Source of the DNA: Candidatus Latescibacterota bacterium
GTDB taxonomy: Bacteria; Krumholzibacteriota; Krumholzibacteriia; WVZY01
Assembly (NCBI GenBank): GCA_963791045.1
Contig: CAWBQK010000015.1
Location: 192,001 to 256,000 of the forward strand
Length of the DNA stretch: 64,000 nt
Direction: 5' to 3'
The notes under the pieces were generated by a model. That model was not told where the DNA came from, made no database searches, and was given only the letters and a program-made list of their open reading frames with translations. A program made the translations under genes and the position numbers. Shown one piece after another: positions 1-10,896 of the stretch (position 1 is its first letter; the number at the start of each line of letters is the position of its first letter).

Positions 1-307
1 TCCGGAATTCGGATGGTCCAATATCAACCAGCCCCGAAAGAGTCGCATCGCGGTCGAGTTTGATTTCATCCCCGGCGATATCGAGAACGATGTAACCCTC
101 GGGTTTTTCTTCGACGCGGTGAATGTTTCCAAAGAATTTGACGCGGCGGCCGAGCTCGTTTTTGAAGAGCATCCTCAAGACGGCATCGATCAGAAGCGTC
201 TTGCCCCGTTCGTTGGGACCGTAGATGAGCGAGAACGGCGGAAGATCGTGGGGGCCAAACCCGGAGAGCGGACCGTACCTCTGGATGTGGAGTGTCTTAA
301 TCCGCAC
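1..307 (-). CDS. AAA/SMC-like ATPase (YhaN/SbcC/Rad50-like), only the N-terminal part is in the window
   Basis: Manual translation from GTG 307: MRIKTLHIQRYGPL...SLIYGPNERGKTLLIDA (Walker A); overlaps the stop of the Mre11-like gene; runs off the window edge. Confidence 0.8.
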   Translation of the reverse strand, partial: MRIKTLHIQRYGPLSGFGPHDLPPFSLIYGPNERGKTLLIDAVLRMLFKNELGRRVKFFGNIHRVEEKPEGYIVLDIAGDEIKLDRDATLSGLVDIGPSEFR

Positions 308-1361
308 GGCTTGCCTCCATCATCGCTTCGATGATCAGCCGGCGGACACGGGGTTTTTGATCTTCGTCCATATCCGCGGCGACAACCTTTGCAATCGAAC
401 GTTCGAAAAGTTCGTTTTCGAACACACGGCTCACATCGCTCCAGCGGTTCGAGATCGGTTCCGTTTGTGGGGTGGCGAGGGATTTGACTGCGGTCGCGAA
501 ATCGGTTTCGCTCATCCCCATCGCACCAAGATCGACAAACCCGCCGACGGAGACAAGAAGCCGAGCGCCGGAATCCGCCGCCGCAATCTCGCGACGGATG
601 ACATCGAGCGGTTCGTCGCCCGAAAAGGGATCGAGGACGACATCCACCGACTCGTAGTACGGAGTATCGAGAAGAACCTCCTCCGGAGGCGAGCCCGTCT
701 CGAACACATTGACTTTCCTCACTCCGGTTTCTTTTCGCGAAAGCGACACCGGCGACCCAGGGTAAACAAAATACCCGCCGTCATACTTGCTCGTCGTGAA
801 ATTCGAATGAAAGTGCCCGGCGAGCACGTAGTCGATTCCCATCCCGGCGAAATACGAGAGTTTTACCGGCATGTAACCGGCGTCCTCCTCCTCTCCGTAG
901 TCGTCGCGTGCAAACATCATGTCGACGAGTTCGCCGTGGAAGAGAAGAACGTTCGAGCCGTCTTCGCGGATCGATTTCTTCAGAGTGAAAATACTGTTGA
1001 GCGTTTTCTCGCCGCCGCGGCTATCGAACGGAAGACCAAAAACACGCGCGTCGTCGATATCAACGTACCGCCCCGGCTCGGTTAAAAGCGTCACGTTGTC
1101 GCCATAGAAATCACCCGGAGCGATCGCGTCTCCATCGTGATTCCCGGGGATAATCGCGACATTTAAGTTAGATTTTTGGAAGAGTTCGCGAAGGGGGATC
1201 TTGAGGCTATCGACGTCATCCACGCGGTCAAAAAGATCGCCGCTTATTGCGACGAGCGCCACACGATGTTCGGCCGCGACGGCGAGCACACGCTCGAGTG
1301 CATTCCACCTCGCATCACCCACATCCCTCAAATGTATGTCTGCCGTGTGGAGAATTTTCAT
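297..1361 (-). CDS. Mre11/SbcD/YhaO-like metallophosphoesterase (DNA repair exonuclease)
   Basis: Motifs LHTADIH, SGDLFD, PGNHD, FHGE, AGHFH, YPGSP; start taken at MKILHTAD. Confidence 0.88.
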   Translation of the reverse strand: MKILHTADIHLRDVGDARWNALERVLAVAAEHRVALVAISGDLFDRVDDVDSLKIPLRELFQKSNLNVAIIPGNHDGDAIAPGDFYGDNVTLLTEPGRYVDIDDARVFGLPFDSRGGEKTLNSIFTLKKSIREDGSNVLLFHGELVDMMFARDDYGEEEDAGYMPVKLSYFAGMGIDYVLAGHFHSNFTTSKYDGGYFVYPGSPVSLSRKETGVRKVNVFETGSPPEEVLLDTPYYESVDVVLDPFSGDEPLDVIRREIAAADSGARLLVSVGGFVDLGAMGMSETDFATAVKSLATPQTEPISNRWSDVSRVFENELFERSIAKVVAADMDEDQKPRVRRLIIEAMMEASRAD

Positions 1362-1407
1362 GCGGAGTATTATAGACGATCCACCCCGACACCGCCATAC
1401 GGAACGC

Positions 1408-1650
1408 GACGTTGCAGTCTTTCTCTGGCCCTCGCTCCGCTTCGCTCGACTAACTGTCGGCTGTGCCGACAGTGGATTCTCGCTCACTCCCGCGAAAGGG
1501 CCTTTCGAAAGACCGCACCGTCTTCTTCGAGAAAAGGCGCAGAGAAAGACCACATCGTCAGCTATTCGCGCGGGTCCTGTCGCCGATTACCCCACACGCG
1601 CTCGCTAACGCTTCGCGCGCTTTGGGGGCCCCATCGGCGAGCGAAGCGAA
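1408..1650. repeat. Nested palindromic (REP/MITE-like) intergenic element
   Basis: IRs GTCTTTCTCTG 1417-1427 / 1540-1550 and CGCTTCGCTCG 1438-1448 / 1638-1648; hairpin core 1446-1481 is shared with 10681-10716. Confidence 0.6.
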
Positions 1651-1715
1651 GTGCGGGTTGTCATGCTCAGAGGCTTCAACAACCCAGAACTCGAGCCGCC
1701 ACCCGCGCGCCTTCA

Positions 1716-2648
1716 TCAGCGGGGCTTGGCTCTGACAGTGGGGTGTTCGCGCTCGGGGCCGTACTCGGCCTGCAGAAACTCGAGAAACTCGCGACGTGTC
1801 GGCGTCAGCGTCCGGTTGGTCTTATGGTAAAGCGTGACCTTCTGTACGAGATACAGACCCGGCACATCGACACGCGCCAGGAGCCCCTGGCGGATTTCAT
1901 TACCGACGGCATCCTCGGGCAGAACCGACAGCCCCAACCCCGCCATCACCATGTGTTTGATCGTCGCGACGTTGGACGATTCGAGCGAGTACTCGATTGA
2001 GAGCGACAGCCGGCGGAAAAACGCGTCCATCATCATCCGGGCTTCGTTCCCCTCTTCGTACCCAATAAACGGGTGCTTTTCGAGTTCGTGGGGATTCGAC
2101 CCCGGCGCCGTTACGAGGTCGTGGTCGGGCGGCGCCACCAAGAACATCTTTGATTCCCTCAAGCTCGCGCTCGTCAAGCCCGTGTACTTCCGGCCCGAGG
2201 TGAGAATGGCGATATCGAGCTTGCCGGCCTGGACCAGGTCGATGATTTTGCGCGCGGAACCGATTTCGATCGATACCTTTACGTCGGGAAAGCGGTCGGT
2301 AAAACTCTTGAGCAGGATGGGGAGCGTGTACACGCCAAAGCTGTTTATCGTCCCGATCGCAAGAGTGCCCTTTACCTGCCGCTCCATGGCCTCGAGGTCG
2401 TTCCAGATCCGGTCGACGTCATGAAACGTCTCTTCCGCATACTGGAAAACAACTTCCCCGCTTTCGGTCAGCTCGACCCCTGTTTTGAGACGGTTGAAGA
2501 CCGTGTGCCCCAAATGCGCCTCGAACTGGCGGATCTGGACGCTTATAGAGGATTGTGATACACGCAGTTCCCTGGCCGCATCGGAGAAACTCCCCGCCTT
2601 GGCCACTATATAGAAGTAGTACAAGTGGTTGAAATTGAGAGGAAGCAC
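1716..2648 (-). CDS. LysR-family transcriptional regulator
   Basis: LNFNHLYYF...GSFSDAARELRVSQSSISVQIRQFE HTH plus substrate-binding domain; GTG 2648 preceded by AGGAGG. Confidence 0.92.
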   Translation of the reverse strand: MLPLNFNHLYYFYIVAKAGSFSDAARELRVSQSSISVQIRQFEAHLGHTVFNRLKTGVELTESGEVVFQYAEETFHDVDRIWNDLEAMERQVKGTLAIGTINSFGVYTLPILLKSFTDRFPDVKVSIEIGSARKIIDLVQAGKLDIAILTSGRKYTGLTSASLRESKMFLVAPPDHDLVTAPGSNPHELEKHPFIGYEEGNEARMMMDAFFRRLSLSIEYSLESSNVATIKHMVMAGLGLSVLPEDAVGNEIRQGLLARVDVPGLYLVQKVTLYHKTNRTLTPTRREFLEFLQAEYGPEREHPTVRAKPR

Positions 2649-2768
2649 GCCTCCTTCTCCTTTTTTTGGGTGAAACTTCGTGTGGGGTTCGGACGTATAA
2701 CTCAATAACCGCAGGCAATTATAAATATACTATACGCATTATGAATATTTCAAGTTTATTTTTTATAT

Positions 2769-2797
2769 TTTACATATGATAGAAATTGAGCTACTTT
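2769..2797 (+). promoter_or_regulatory. Putative sigma70 promoter divergent from LysR
   Basis: TTTACA-N17-TACTTT in an AT-rich region. Confidence 0.45.
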
Positions 2798-2803
2798 ATA
2801 TGT

Positions 2804-2900
2804 GAGGCCGGTGCTGTATTGAGCACATGCGGCAGCCGCTTCAGGTATCTCAGGCATCACCCAAATATGGACTGAGAGCAGACGGCACCGGTTTCTTTTT
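2804..2900 (+). ncRNA. Candidate small structured RNA
   Basis: 14-bp closing stem 2804-2817 / 2882-2895 (with G-U pairs), inner TCTCAG/CTGAGA stem, U-tract 2896-2900; starts at the predicted +1 of the promoter. Confidence 0.4.
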
Positions 2901-2979
2901 AAGAATTTATCGGACATTCGAGAGCACAGGATTGGGGAAACGCGAAAACCACTCAGCCAAAGTATCGGAGTCCCCACCG

Positions 2980-3030
2980 GACAAAGGCGACATGTCTCGG
3001 CCCCCGAGGATATGTTGCCTTTTGTCTTTT
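2980..3030. terminator. Long hairpin with T-tract
   Basis: GACAAAGGCGACATGTC...GATATGTTGCCTTTTGTC followed by TTTT; lies downstream of the dipeptidase gene. Confidence 0.55.
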
Positions 3031-3073
3031 CAGGACGAAAGCGCCTCGACTCATCCACCATCAACACCACCCA

Positions 3074-4138
3074 TCAGCCCTGACCCGGACCGCGCAAATC
3101 CCTTCTCCCCGGATCGCCGTCGCAAATATCTCTTATGACACGAAGCGCATTTGCTCCAAGAATCTTTCTTATCGATGACACCGGAATTCCCTCGCGTAGC
3201 AGCCGGTCGGTAAGACGCGGCATGTGACTGACGTCCCGCAGGTCGCTCGGCATGCTCGCCACCCACCCATCGAAATCCGACCCCAACGAGATGTGGTCAT
3301 CCCCGACGACGCGCAGCAGATGCTTGATGTTCCGGACCACGCAGTCCAACGTTTCGCGCCGCGACCCGGTCAGGTACCCCGGGTAAAATATGACACCGAG
3401 AACACCGCCCTTTTCCGCGACACGCTTCGCCTCATAATCAGAAATATTCCTCCACATCGGATGGACGCTTCGAAAACCCGTGTGGGATACGATTGGCGGG
3501 CGTTTGCAAAACTCCACCGCATCGAGGAAGCTCCGGCTGGCGACGTGCGCAAGATCGACTATCAGTCCCACGGCTTCCATTTCTTCAATGAGCTGATATC
3601 CGAGTTCGGGCAGCCGGCGATCGGCCCACCGTTTCCGGCGGTTGGGATACGCCGCGTCCGAACGCGTGAGGTGCGCCAATCCTATCGAGACCAGGCCGTT
3701 TCTTTTGTACCGCTCGATCTCACCGGGACGGCAGCGTACGCCGTGCGCACCCTCGAGGGTGAGGAAAAACGACGGAATCCCTTCCTCCCTCGCGCGAAGA
3801 ATATCGGCCGCCGTGCGCACCATCGTGAACCGTGTACCCACCGTCTGCGACCACTGGTTCACACGCTCGATCGATTTCTGGATGCGACCGCGGCGGCGGA
3901 GAATATTGAATGGCGGAGTCGGCACCGTCAGGCCGATCGACGTGACTCCACCTTCGACAAGACGCGGGATATCAACGTGACCAACAAGCGGGCTCAATGG
4001 AAACGGGTTCCGGTGGCGTTTCTCCATTCGGTACCGAAAAAGAAAAACGAGGAACAACGTGTCGGCATGGAGGTCGATCACGACAGACCGCTCGTGTATC
4101 TGCCATGCCTCGTGCGAGATTTCGGGGAGCTCTTTCAT
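3074..4138 (-). CDS. Membrane dipeptidase (peptidase M19)
   Basis: IDLHAD, VDIPRL..GG, TLEG, VDLAH, VSHT, LGSDFDG, ILGANALRV motifs. Confidence 0.9.
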   Translation of the reverse strand: MKELPEISHEAWQIHERSVVIDLHADTLFLVFLFRYRMEKRHRNPFPLSPLVGHVDIPRLVEGGVTSIGLTVPTPPFNILRRRGRIQKSIERVNQWSQTVGTRFTMVRTAADILRAREEGIPSFFLTLEGAHGVRCRPGEIERYKRNGLVSIGLAHLTRSDAAYPNRRKRWADRRLPELGYQLIEEMEAVGLIVDLAHVASRSFLDAVEFCKRPPIVSHTGFRSVHPMWRNISDYEAKRVAEKGGVLGVIFYPGYLTGSRRETLDCVVRNIKHLLRVVGDDHISLGSDFDGWVASMPSDLRDVSHMPRLTDRLLREGIPVSSIRKILGANALRVIRDICDGDPGRRDLRGPGQG

Positions 4139-4294
4139 GTTCGCCGTCCGCGGTTACCAACCAACTATCACTTAATAAATTACACTATTTGTGTTATAAT
4201 AGAAAGACAAAGGCTATCTCGTTGCACCCCCTGACCAGCTGCTAAATACGCACCAGCGCTTCTGGACCCGACCATGAGAACCGGAGGAGTCGCG

Positions 4295-5383
4295 ATGAAC
4301 AGGGCATCAATCTTTTTTCTCACCATATTTATACTCGCAGGAATGATCTGGGCCACCGGCTGCAGCGAATCCGACAATCCCGCCGCGGTCGACGATGGAC
4401 TCTACACGCGAGAGCAAGTACCCGATCTCAACGACGAATTTGGCGGATACAATCTCGCCGATGAGTCCCCCGGGTTTGGCGATCCCATGCTCCTCGACGA
4501 GTTTGGCGACGACGAGGAATTCAGTGACCCGATGGTCAGCGATCCGCTGGTCATCGAACGAGACCGCGACCACGAGGGGCAAGAGAGAGGCCGAATCTAT
4601 CTGATGATCACCTGGGGGAACCTCCACAGGGATTCGACGATCACACACAAGACCGACTGGACGGGCGGGCTCGCCGTTGACCCGGGCGCCTTGATCCTCA
4701 AAAAAACCATCCGCTTCGAGGACCACGATCAAATTCTTCCGAGAAAAGATCCGGGAGTCCTCCGTTGGGAATCATTTACAAAACCGGGCATCGACGGAGT
4801 CGTTGTGCGTATCGTGCCGGGCGCGAGTCCCGATGCGACCCTTGCCAACGCCGAAGCCGATTCGGCAAACACGATCGTACGTTTCAGAACCGCGCCCTTT
4901 AGTGTGTCGTTCTCGCTTCGCGAACTCATCGGGCTTCACAGGGTCGTAACGCTCGACGACGGTAACGCCGTCGCTTTCGAAGCCGTGTATGTTCCGCCCT
5001 TCGCATGCCCAAAGGGCTTTTTGCGCGGAGTATGGCGACAAACGCCGGAGCGGGAGGGTGGCGTGTTTTTTGGAAAGTACGTGGATCAGGTCGGATTTCA
5101 CAGAGGGTTCGTCAAAGGCCATTACGGCGCCAACAAAGACGGCGAGAAAGTCTTCTTCGGAAAATGGATAAGCCGGTCGGGGAGGTTCGAGGGAATCCTC
5201 CGCGGTGAATACGGCACCTATGAAGAAAACTCGGCCGGGTGGTTTGCCGGTGGATGGATGGGCCCGGACCGCCGCATAAAGGGCGGCCTCAAAGGTGAAT
5301 GGCGGCGAAAAGACGAATGCCGCGGCGGCTTCTTCCGAGGCCGCTGGAGACAGGAGTGCGCCCTGGATACCGCGAGACTCTGA
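4295..5383 (+). CDS. Hypothetical lipoprotein with Gly/aromatic repeats
   Basis: Lipobox IWATG-C; acidic linker; repeated G-x-F-x-G-x-W/Y motifs in the C-terminal half. Confidence 0.75.
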   Translation: MNRASIFFLTIFILAGMIWATGCSESDNPAAVDDGLYTREQVPDLNDEFGGYNLADESPGFGDPMLLDEFGDDEEFSDPMVSDPLVIERDRDHEGQERGRIYLMITWGNLHRDSTITHKTDWTGGLAVDPGALILKKTIRFEDHDQILPRKDPGVLRWESFTKPGIDGVVVRIVPGASPDATLANAEADSANTIVRFRTAPFSVSFSLRELIGLHRVVTLDDGNAVAFEAVYVPPFACPKGFLRGVWRQTPEREGGVFFGKYVDQVGFHRGFVKGHYGANKDGEKVFFGKWISRSGRFEGILRGEYGTYEENSAGWFAGGWMGPDRRIKGGLKGEWRRKDECRGGFFRGRWRQECALDTARL

Positions 5384-5395
5384 CATGCCGGGCGG

Positions 5396-6235
5396 CTACC
5401 GCACCGAGTAGTCCTTGCCCTTTGGAAAGACTTTCTGGATCTCTTCGCACATCCAATCGTGGAACGTGCCGTTGCTCGCAACGACGTGCCCGGTTGAGAG
5501 CGCATTCTTCTCTCCAAAGAAATCAGTGAATTTGCCTCCGGCTTCTTCGATGAGGATGATACCCGACGCTATATCCCACGGGCTAAGCGTCAGCTCCCAA
5601 AACGCTTCCGCGCGACCCGCGGCGACATAAGCGAGATCGAGCGCCGCCGACCCGGCGCGCCGGATCCCTCGCGAATTTGTGAAGAAGAATTTAAACGTTT
5701 TCAGATAGTCATCCAGATACTCTACCGACCGGAATGGAAATCCAGTCAAGAAAAGCGTCTTCGACTTGTCCGAAACCCCGCTGACGTGGATCGGTTTACC
5801 GTTGAGGTACGCCCCCTGCCCACTCACCGCGTGGAACATCTCGTCCCGCATCGGATCGAACGTGACACCGAGAACCATCCTATTGCCCTCGGGTTCCTCG
5901 AGGGCGATGTTGACGGCAAAGATCGGGAACGAGTGGATATAATTCGTCGTCCCGTCGAGCGGATCAATATACCAACGTCTCGACGTGTCCCGGTCGATCC
6001 CGTCGTTGACCGATTCGTCGAGATTCTCCTCGGCAATAATGAAATCACGAGGAAAGCTCTCGCGAATTATCGAGACGATCTCGTTCTGGGAATTGATATC
6101 GACTACCGTGACGAGATCGTTGAGCCGCTTTTCGGCGACGTCGCTCGGAACGAGCGCCGCGTATGATTTCGTTATGATTTTCGCCGCGGCGCGTGCCGCT
6201 TCTTTCGCTTTTTCCAGTTCGAGTTCGTACGGCAT
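5396..6235 (-). CDS. suhB: Inositol monophosphatase
   Basis: IIAEE, WYIDPLDGTTNY, RRAGSAALDL, PWDIASG motifs. Confidence 0.9.
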   Translation of the reverse strand: MPYELELEKAKEAARAAAKIITKSYAALVPSDVAEKRLNDLVTVVDINSQNEIVSIIRESFPRDFIIAEENLDESVNDGIDRDTSRRWYIDPLDGTTNYIHSFPIFAVNIALEEPEGNRMVLGVTFDPMRDEMFHAVSGQGAYLNGKPIHVSGVSDKSKTLFLTGFPFRSVEYLDDYLKTFKFFFTNSRGIRRAGSAALDLAYVAAGRAEAFWELTLSPWDIASGIILIEEAGGKFTDFFGEKNALSTGHVVASNGTFHDWMCEEIQKVFPKGKDYSVR

Positions 6236-6256
6236 GTTTTCCGCCTTTTTATAATT

Positions 6257-7147
6257 TCACAGGTATTTCTTCAACAGCATGTCCATGAAAGCCCTCACCG
6301 GTGGGGAGAGCGACCCGGGCTTCTTGTAGACTACGCCCAGGGTACGGGAGAATCGAATCTTCCCAGTGGGAATCAACGTGAGCTTGCCCGACCGGATCTC
6401 GCTCGAAACAAGTTCGGCGGGGAGAATACTCGCACCCAACTCCGCTTCGGTGAGTTTCTTTATCGCCTCGGGACTCGACATCTCCATCGCGACCCTCAAA
6501 CTCACGCCGTTGTCCATAAACACTTTCTCGATCAATCGGCGGGTCGTGGACCTGGCAGGATAGGTGATAAGGCTCGTTTCCGCAACCCTCTCGAGAATGT
6601 TCTTCCTGCGCCGCGTCTGGGCGAGCTCGTGACGCGGGCTCGCGACGAGAACCATTTCGTCCTCGTAGAACGGCACCACCTCGTGCGCGTGCCCGGCGAG
6701 CGGGAGCGTGACGATTGCGAACTCGATCGATCCGGCGTCGAGCGCGCCGAGAAGGCTCAGCGTGTCGGCCACCGTGACCTGCATATCGATCCCCGGATGC
6801 TTTCGCCGGAACGCACTGAACACCCGCGGTAGCACATAAGTGCTCGCCGCGTCAATAGTACCCATCTTGAGAACGCCGCTTTCGAGCCCCTTTATACCGT
6901 GAATTCTGTGCGCCAGCGCGTCGACACGGCGGATAATCTCTTCGGCCTCCGCGGCGAGCAAACTCCCCGCCTGTGTCGCCTCCAGACGCCGGCCACGACG
7001 GGCGTAGAGCTTCTCGCCAAACTCCTCCTCGAGCTTTTTAAGCTGTATGCTCACCGCCGGCTGTGTCACAAAATGCTCCGTCGCCGCCGCGCGGACGCTC
7101 CCATGCCTCATCGCCGACAAAAAGTATCTCAGTTGCCGGATTTCCAT
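6257..7147 (-). CDS. LysR-family regulator
   Basis: MEIRQLRYF...VTQPAVSIQLKKLEEE HTH. Confidence 0.92.
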   Translation of the reverse strand: MEIRQLRYFLSAMRHGSVRAAATEHFVTQPAVSIQLKKLEEEFGEKLYARRGRRLEATQAGSLLAAEAEEIIRRVDALAHRIHGIKGLESGVLKMGTIDAASTYVLPRVFSAFRRKHPGIDMQVTVADTLSLLGALDAGSIEFAIVTLPLAGHAHEVVPFYEDEMVLVASPRHELAQTRRRKNILERVAETSLITYPARSTTRRLIEKVFMDNGVSLRVAMEMSSPEAIKKLTEAELGASILPAELVSSEIRSGKLTLIPTGKIRFSRTLGVVYKKPGSLSPPVRAFMDMLLKKYL

Positions 7148-7190
7148 ATCAGAACCCCTTGCCGTGGGGGCCGTTCCCGCCCCGCATGAC

Positions 7191-7205
7191 ATAACTATTA
7201 CTTAT
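7191..7205. promoter_or_regulatory. LysR-type T-N11-A box between LysR and ino1
   Basis: ATAA-N7-TTAT palindrome in the divergent promoter region. Confidence 0.5.
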
Positions 7206-7335
7206 TCTACTCATAAGTTTATTAAATTATGCTTATCCTATCCCGTAGGGTAGATTCTGTCAAGATGGAAGCAGGAGCCGCGGGCGCACAGGCCCCGCAC
7301 ACTATTAATTTCATTACATAGACAGGAGAAATTAG

Positions 7336-8654
<1,319 letters not shown>

Positions 8655-8676
8655 ACTCGAGCTGCTGGCACAAGGC

Positions 8677-8710
8677 AAAACGGCGGGACCTCTGTGGTCC
8701 CGCCGTTTTT
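8677..8710. terminator. Bidirectional rho-independent terminator
   Basis: AAAACGGCGGGACC-N5-GGTCCCGCCGTTTT between convergent genes. Confidence 0.8.
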
Positions 8711-8741
8711 GCGTTTATATTCGTTTTTGTAGGTGCGGAGG

Positions 8742-9608
8742 TCAGATCTCGATTACGCCGACGGCTTGTTTGACCTTGAGATCAATATCGTCGTCCGATT
8801 CAATCCGCCCGAGAACCCGCCGGTGAATGTTGATTTTGCCGGCCGTCCAGTCGCCGCCCAGGTGTTTGTGGCCGCCGATGCAGTGTGTCACCTTGGGGTG
8901 GGCTTCGAGGATCTGGCCCAGCCGCTCACTCCCCGTGTAGGCGTCAAGATAGTACGGGGGGTTCGAACGCGGCAGGCCGGCGACAAACGGGAGCGTGTGA
9001 ATCACGGCAATGATTCTCTCGACCTCGCCTTCTATCTCGCGAATGTGGGTGTCGAGCAGTTCGGCCATCTCACCGCAAACCGCGGGATCCCACATCCGGT
9101 TGAGCGGCGCGTCGGGGAACTCGGCCTTCGACGGCGACCAGAAAGTCATTTTCTGATCCCACCAAATTTCGTCGCCGTATCTTCCCTTCCAATAATCCTC
9201 CTCGGACAGGCCGAGTCTCGAATCGGCGAATGTGTAGTCGTACCACCCCATCGAGCCCACGAAACCGATCCCGTCGATCACGACGGGACCGTGCCCGAGG
9301 TCATCAAAGCCGAGGCGTTGGCAGGCTTCGGGGATAAAGAGTTCGTACTTGGCACGGCTGTCGAGCATCTTGCCGGCGTAGGTTTCCGTCCACACATCGT
9401 GATTGCCGGGAACGAACATCCGCCGGGCATCGATGCCGTCGAAGAGCGTCAGTGTTTTCTCGAGAGCACGGAGCGTGTTGCCCGCGTCGCCCCCGATCAC
9501 AACAACGTCCGGGGAGAACTGCGCCATGCGTTCGGCGACACGCTTCGTCGCGTCGGGGTTCCACTTCGAGCTGTCGATGTGGAGATCTGATGTAAAAGCA
9601 ATTTTCAT
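8742..9608 (-). CDS. Calcineurin-like metallophosphoesterase
   Basis: FTSDLH, GGD, PGNHD, GWYDY, GHKH motifs. Confidence 0.85.
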   Translation of the reverse strand: MKIAFTSDLHIDSSKWNPDATKRVAERMAQFSPDVVVIGGDAGNTLRALEKTLTLFDGIDARRMFVPGNHDVWTETYAGKMLDSRAKYELFIPEACQRLGFDDLGHGPVVIDGIGFVGSMGWYDYTFADSRLGLSEEDYWKGRYGDEIWWDQKMTFWSPSKAEFPDAPLNRMWDPAVCGEMAELLDTHIREIEGEVERIIAVIHTLPFVAGLPRSNPPYYLDAYTGSERLGQILEAHPKVTHCIGGHKHLGGDWTAGKINIHRRVLGRIESDDDIDLKVKQAVGVIEI

Positions 9609-9769
9609 TAGAATTAAGCTATAGCCCCTATCTTGCCATCGAATCAACACCAATTTTTGTGCCTCGGCGGCCGCAACTCGATTCCGCTTGCCCCCCGCGG
9701 GCAGCGTTATTACCATTCTACTGCTTATAATTATGTGAAATCACCCCCGCATCCGGAGGCTCTTTTGAA

Positions 9770-10615
9770 ATGAACGCGATAAAAACAACCGCCCTTATGG
9801 CTCTCATGACCGTACTCCTCGTATTTATCGGCTCGCTCATCGGCGGGCGCAACGGCGCGATCCTGGCATTTGTCGTCGCCGCGGTTATGAATTTCATCGC
9901 CTACTGGTCGAGCGACAAGATCGCCCTCGCCCGTTACAAGGCCCAGGAGGTCACCCGCGAACAGGCGCCGAAGCTCTATGGCATAGTCGAAACGCTCGTC
10001 GCGCGCGCCGGGCTCCCCATGCCCAGGGTTTATGTTATCCCATCGCAAACACCAAACGCATTCGCCACGGGCCGCGACCCAAATCACGCCGCCGTCGCGA
10101 TCACCGAGGGCGCGCTCGGTCTCTTGAACGAACGTGAGATAGCCGGTGTGATCGCACACGAACTCGCTCACGTCAAAAACCGTGACATCCTGATATCCTC
10201 GATCGCCGCGACGCTGGGTGGCGCGATTACGATGCTCGCCATGTGGGCCCGTTTTGCGGCGATATTCGGCGGCGGCCAGGGTGGAGATGGGAGGCGGGGC
10301 GGCGGACTCGAACTGCTCGTGATGGCTATCGTCGCACCCGTCGCGGCAATGTTGATCCAGATGGGAATCTCGCGTTCGCGCGAGTACATGGCCGACGCAT
10401 CCGGCGCACGATTCGCCGGCAACTCGGACGGGCTGGCCAGCGCACTCCTAAAACTCGACGACTGGGCCACGCGCCGGCCGATGAACGCGTCGCCTACGAC
10501 GGCTCACATGTTTATCATCAACCCGCTCAGCGGCGGCGGAATGGCCAAGCTCTTCAGCACGCATCCCCCGACAGAGGAACGCGTCCGCAAACTCCGCGAG
10601 CTTCGAGTAGGTTAG
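9770..10615 (+). CDS. htpX: Zinc metalloprotease HtpX (M48)
   Basis: [28 protein letters not shown]. Confidence 0.95.
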   Translation: MNAIKTTALMALMTVLLVFIGSLIGGRNGAILAFVVAAVMNFIAYWSSDKIALARYKAQEVTREQAPKLYGIVETLVARAGLPMPRVYVIPSQTPNAFATGRDPNHAAVAITEGALGLLNEREIAGVIAHELAHVKNRDILISSIAATLGGAITMLAMWARFAAIFGGGQGGDGRRGGGLELLVMAIVAPVAAMLIQMGISRSREYMADASGARFAGNSDGLASALLKLDDWATRRPMNASPTTAHMFIINPLSGGGMAKLFSTHPPTEERVRKLRELRVG

Positions 10616-10636
10616 GCTCGACATATCTTGAGTCGC

Positions 10637-10761
10637 GGCGGCGACAAACACTGTGTTGGCTCCGCGCTCTCCGCTGGCGGTCGGCTAACCGTCGGCCAAG
10701 CCGACGGTGGATCCTCCCTGGCTCCGAGCAATGCTACGCCAACACAGTGTTTGTCGCCGCC
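10637..10761. repeat. 125-bp palindromic element with perfect 24-bp arms
   Basis: GGCGGCGACAAACACTGTGTTGGC 10637-10660 and its exact reverse complement 10738-10761; core 10681-10716 is homologous to 1446-1481. Confidence 0.75.
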
Positions 10762-10811
10762 ACCCACGCGAATCGGCGAATAAGCAGGGAACTTCTGGGA
10801 CAGGACAAAAG

Positions 10812-10845
10812 AAAACGCCCCCCGGTGTCCGCTATGGGGGGCGCT
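10812..10845 (-). terminator. Terminator of the TPR gene
   Basis: CGCCCCCC/GGGGGGCG stem with T-rich tail on the minus strand. Confidence 0.55.
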
Positions 10846-10896
10846 TGTCTATGCGCGGATGCGCATGGGCCAAACCACTGATCTGTGAGTGAAAAC

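Noticed and set aside
225-2424. Long plus-strand ORFs (225-1085, 1176-2000, 1834-2424) and similar antisense ORFs across the window, e.g. 22537-23808, 42360-43475, 48451-49662, 61865-62920
   Set aside because: They are shadows of well-supported genes on the opposite strand in GC-rich DNA and have no motifs
2804-2900. TPP, glycine riboswitch or SRP RNA identity
   Set aside because: Only fragments match (CTGAGA, CTCAGG); the required conserved cores are missing
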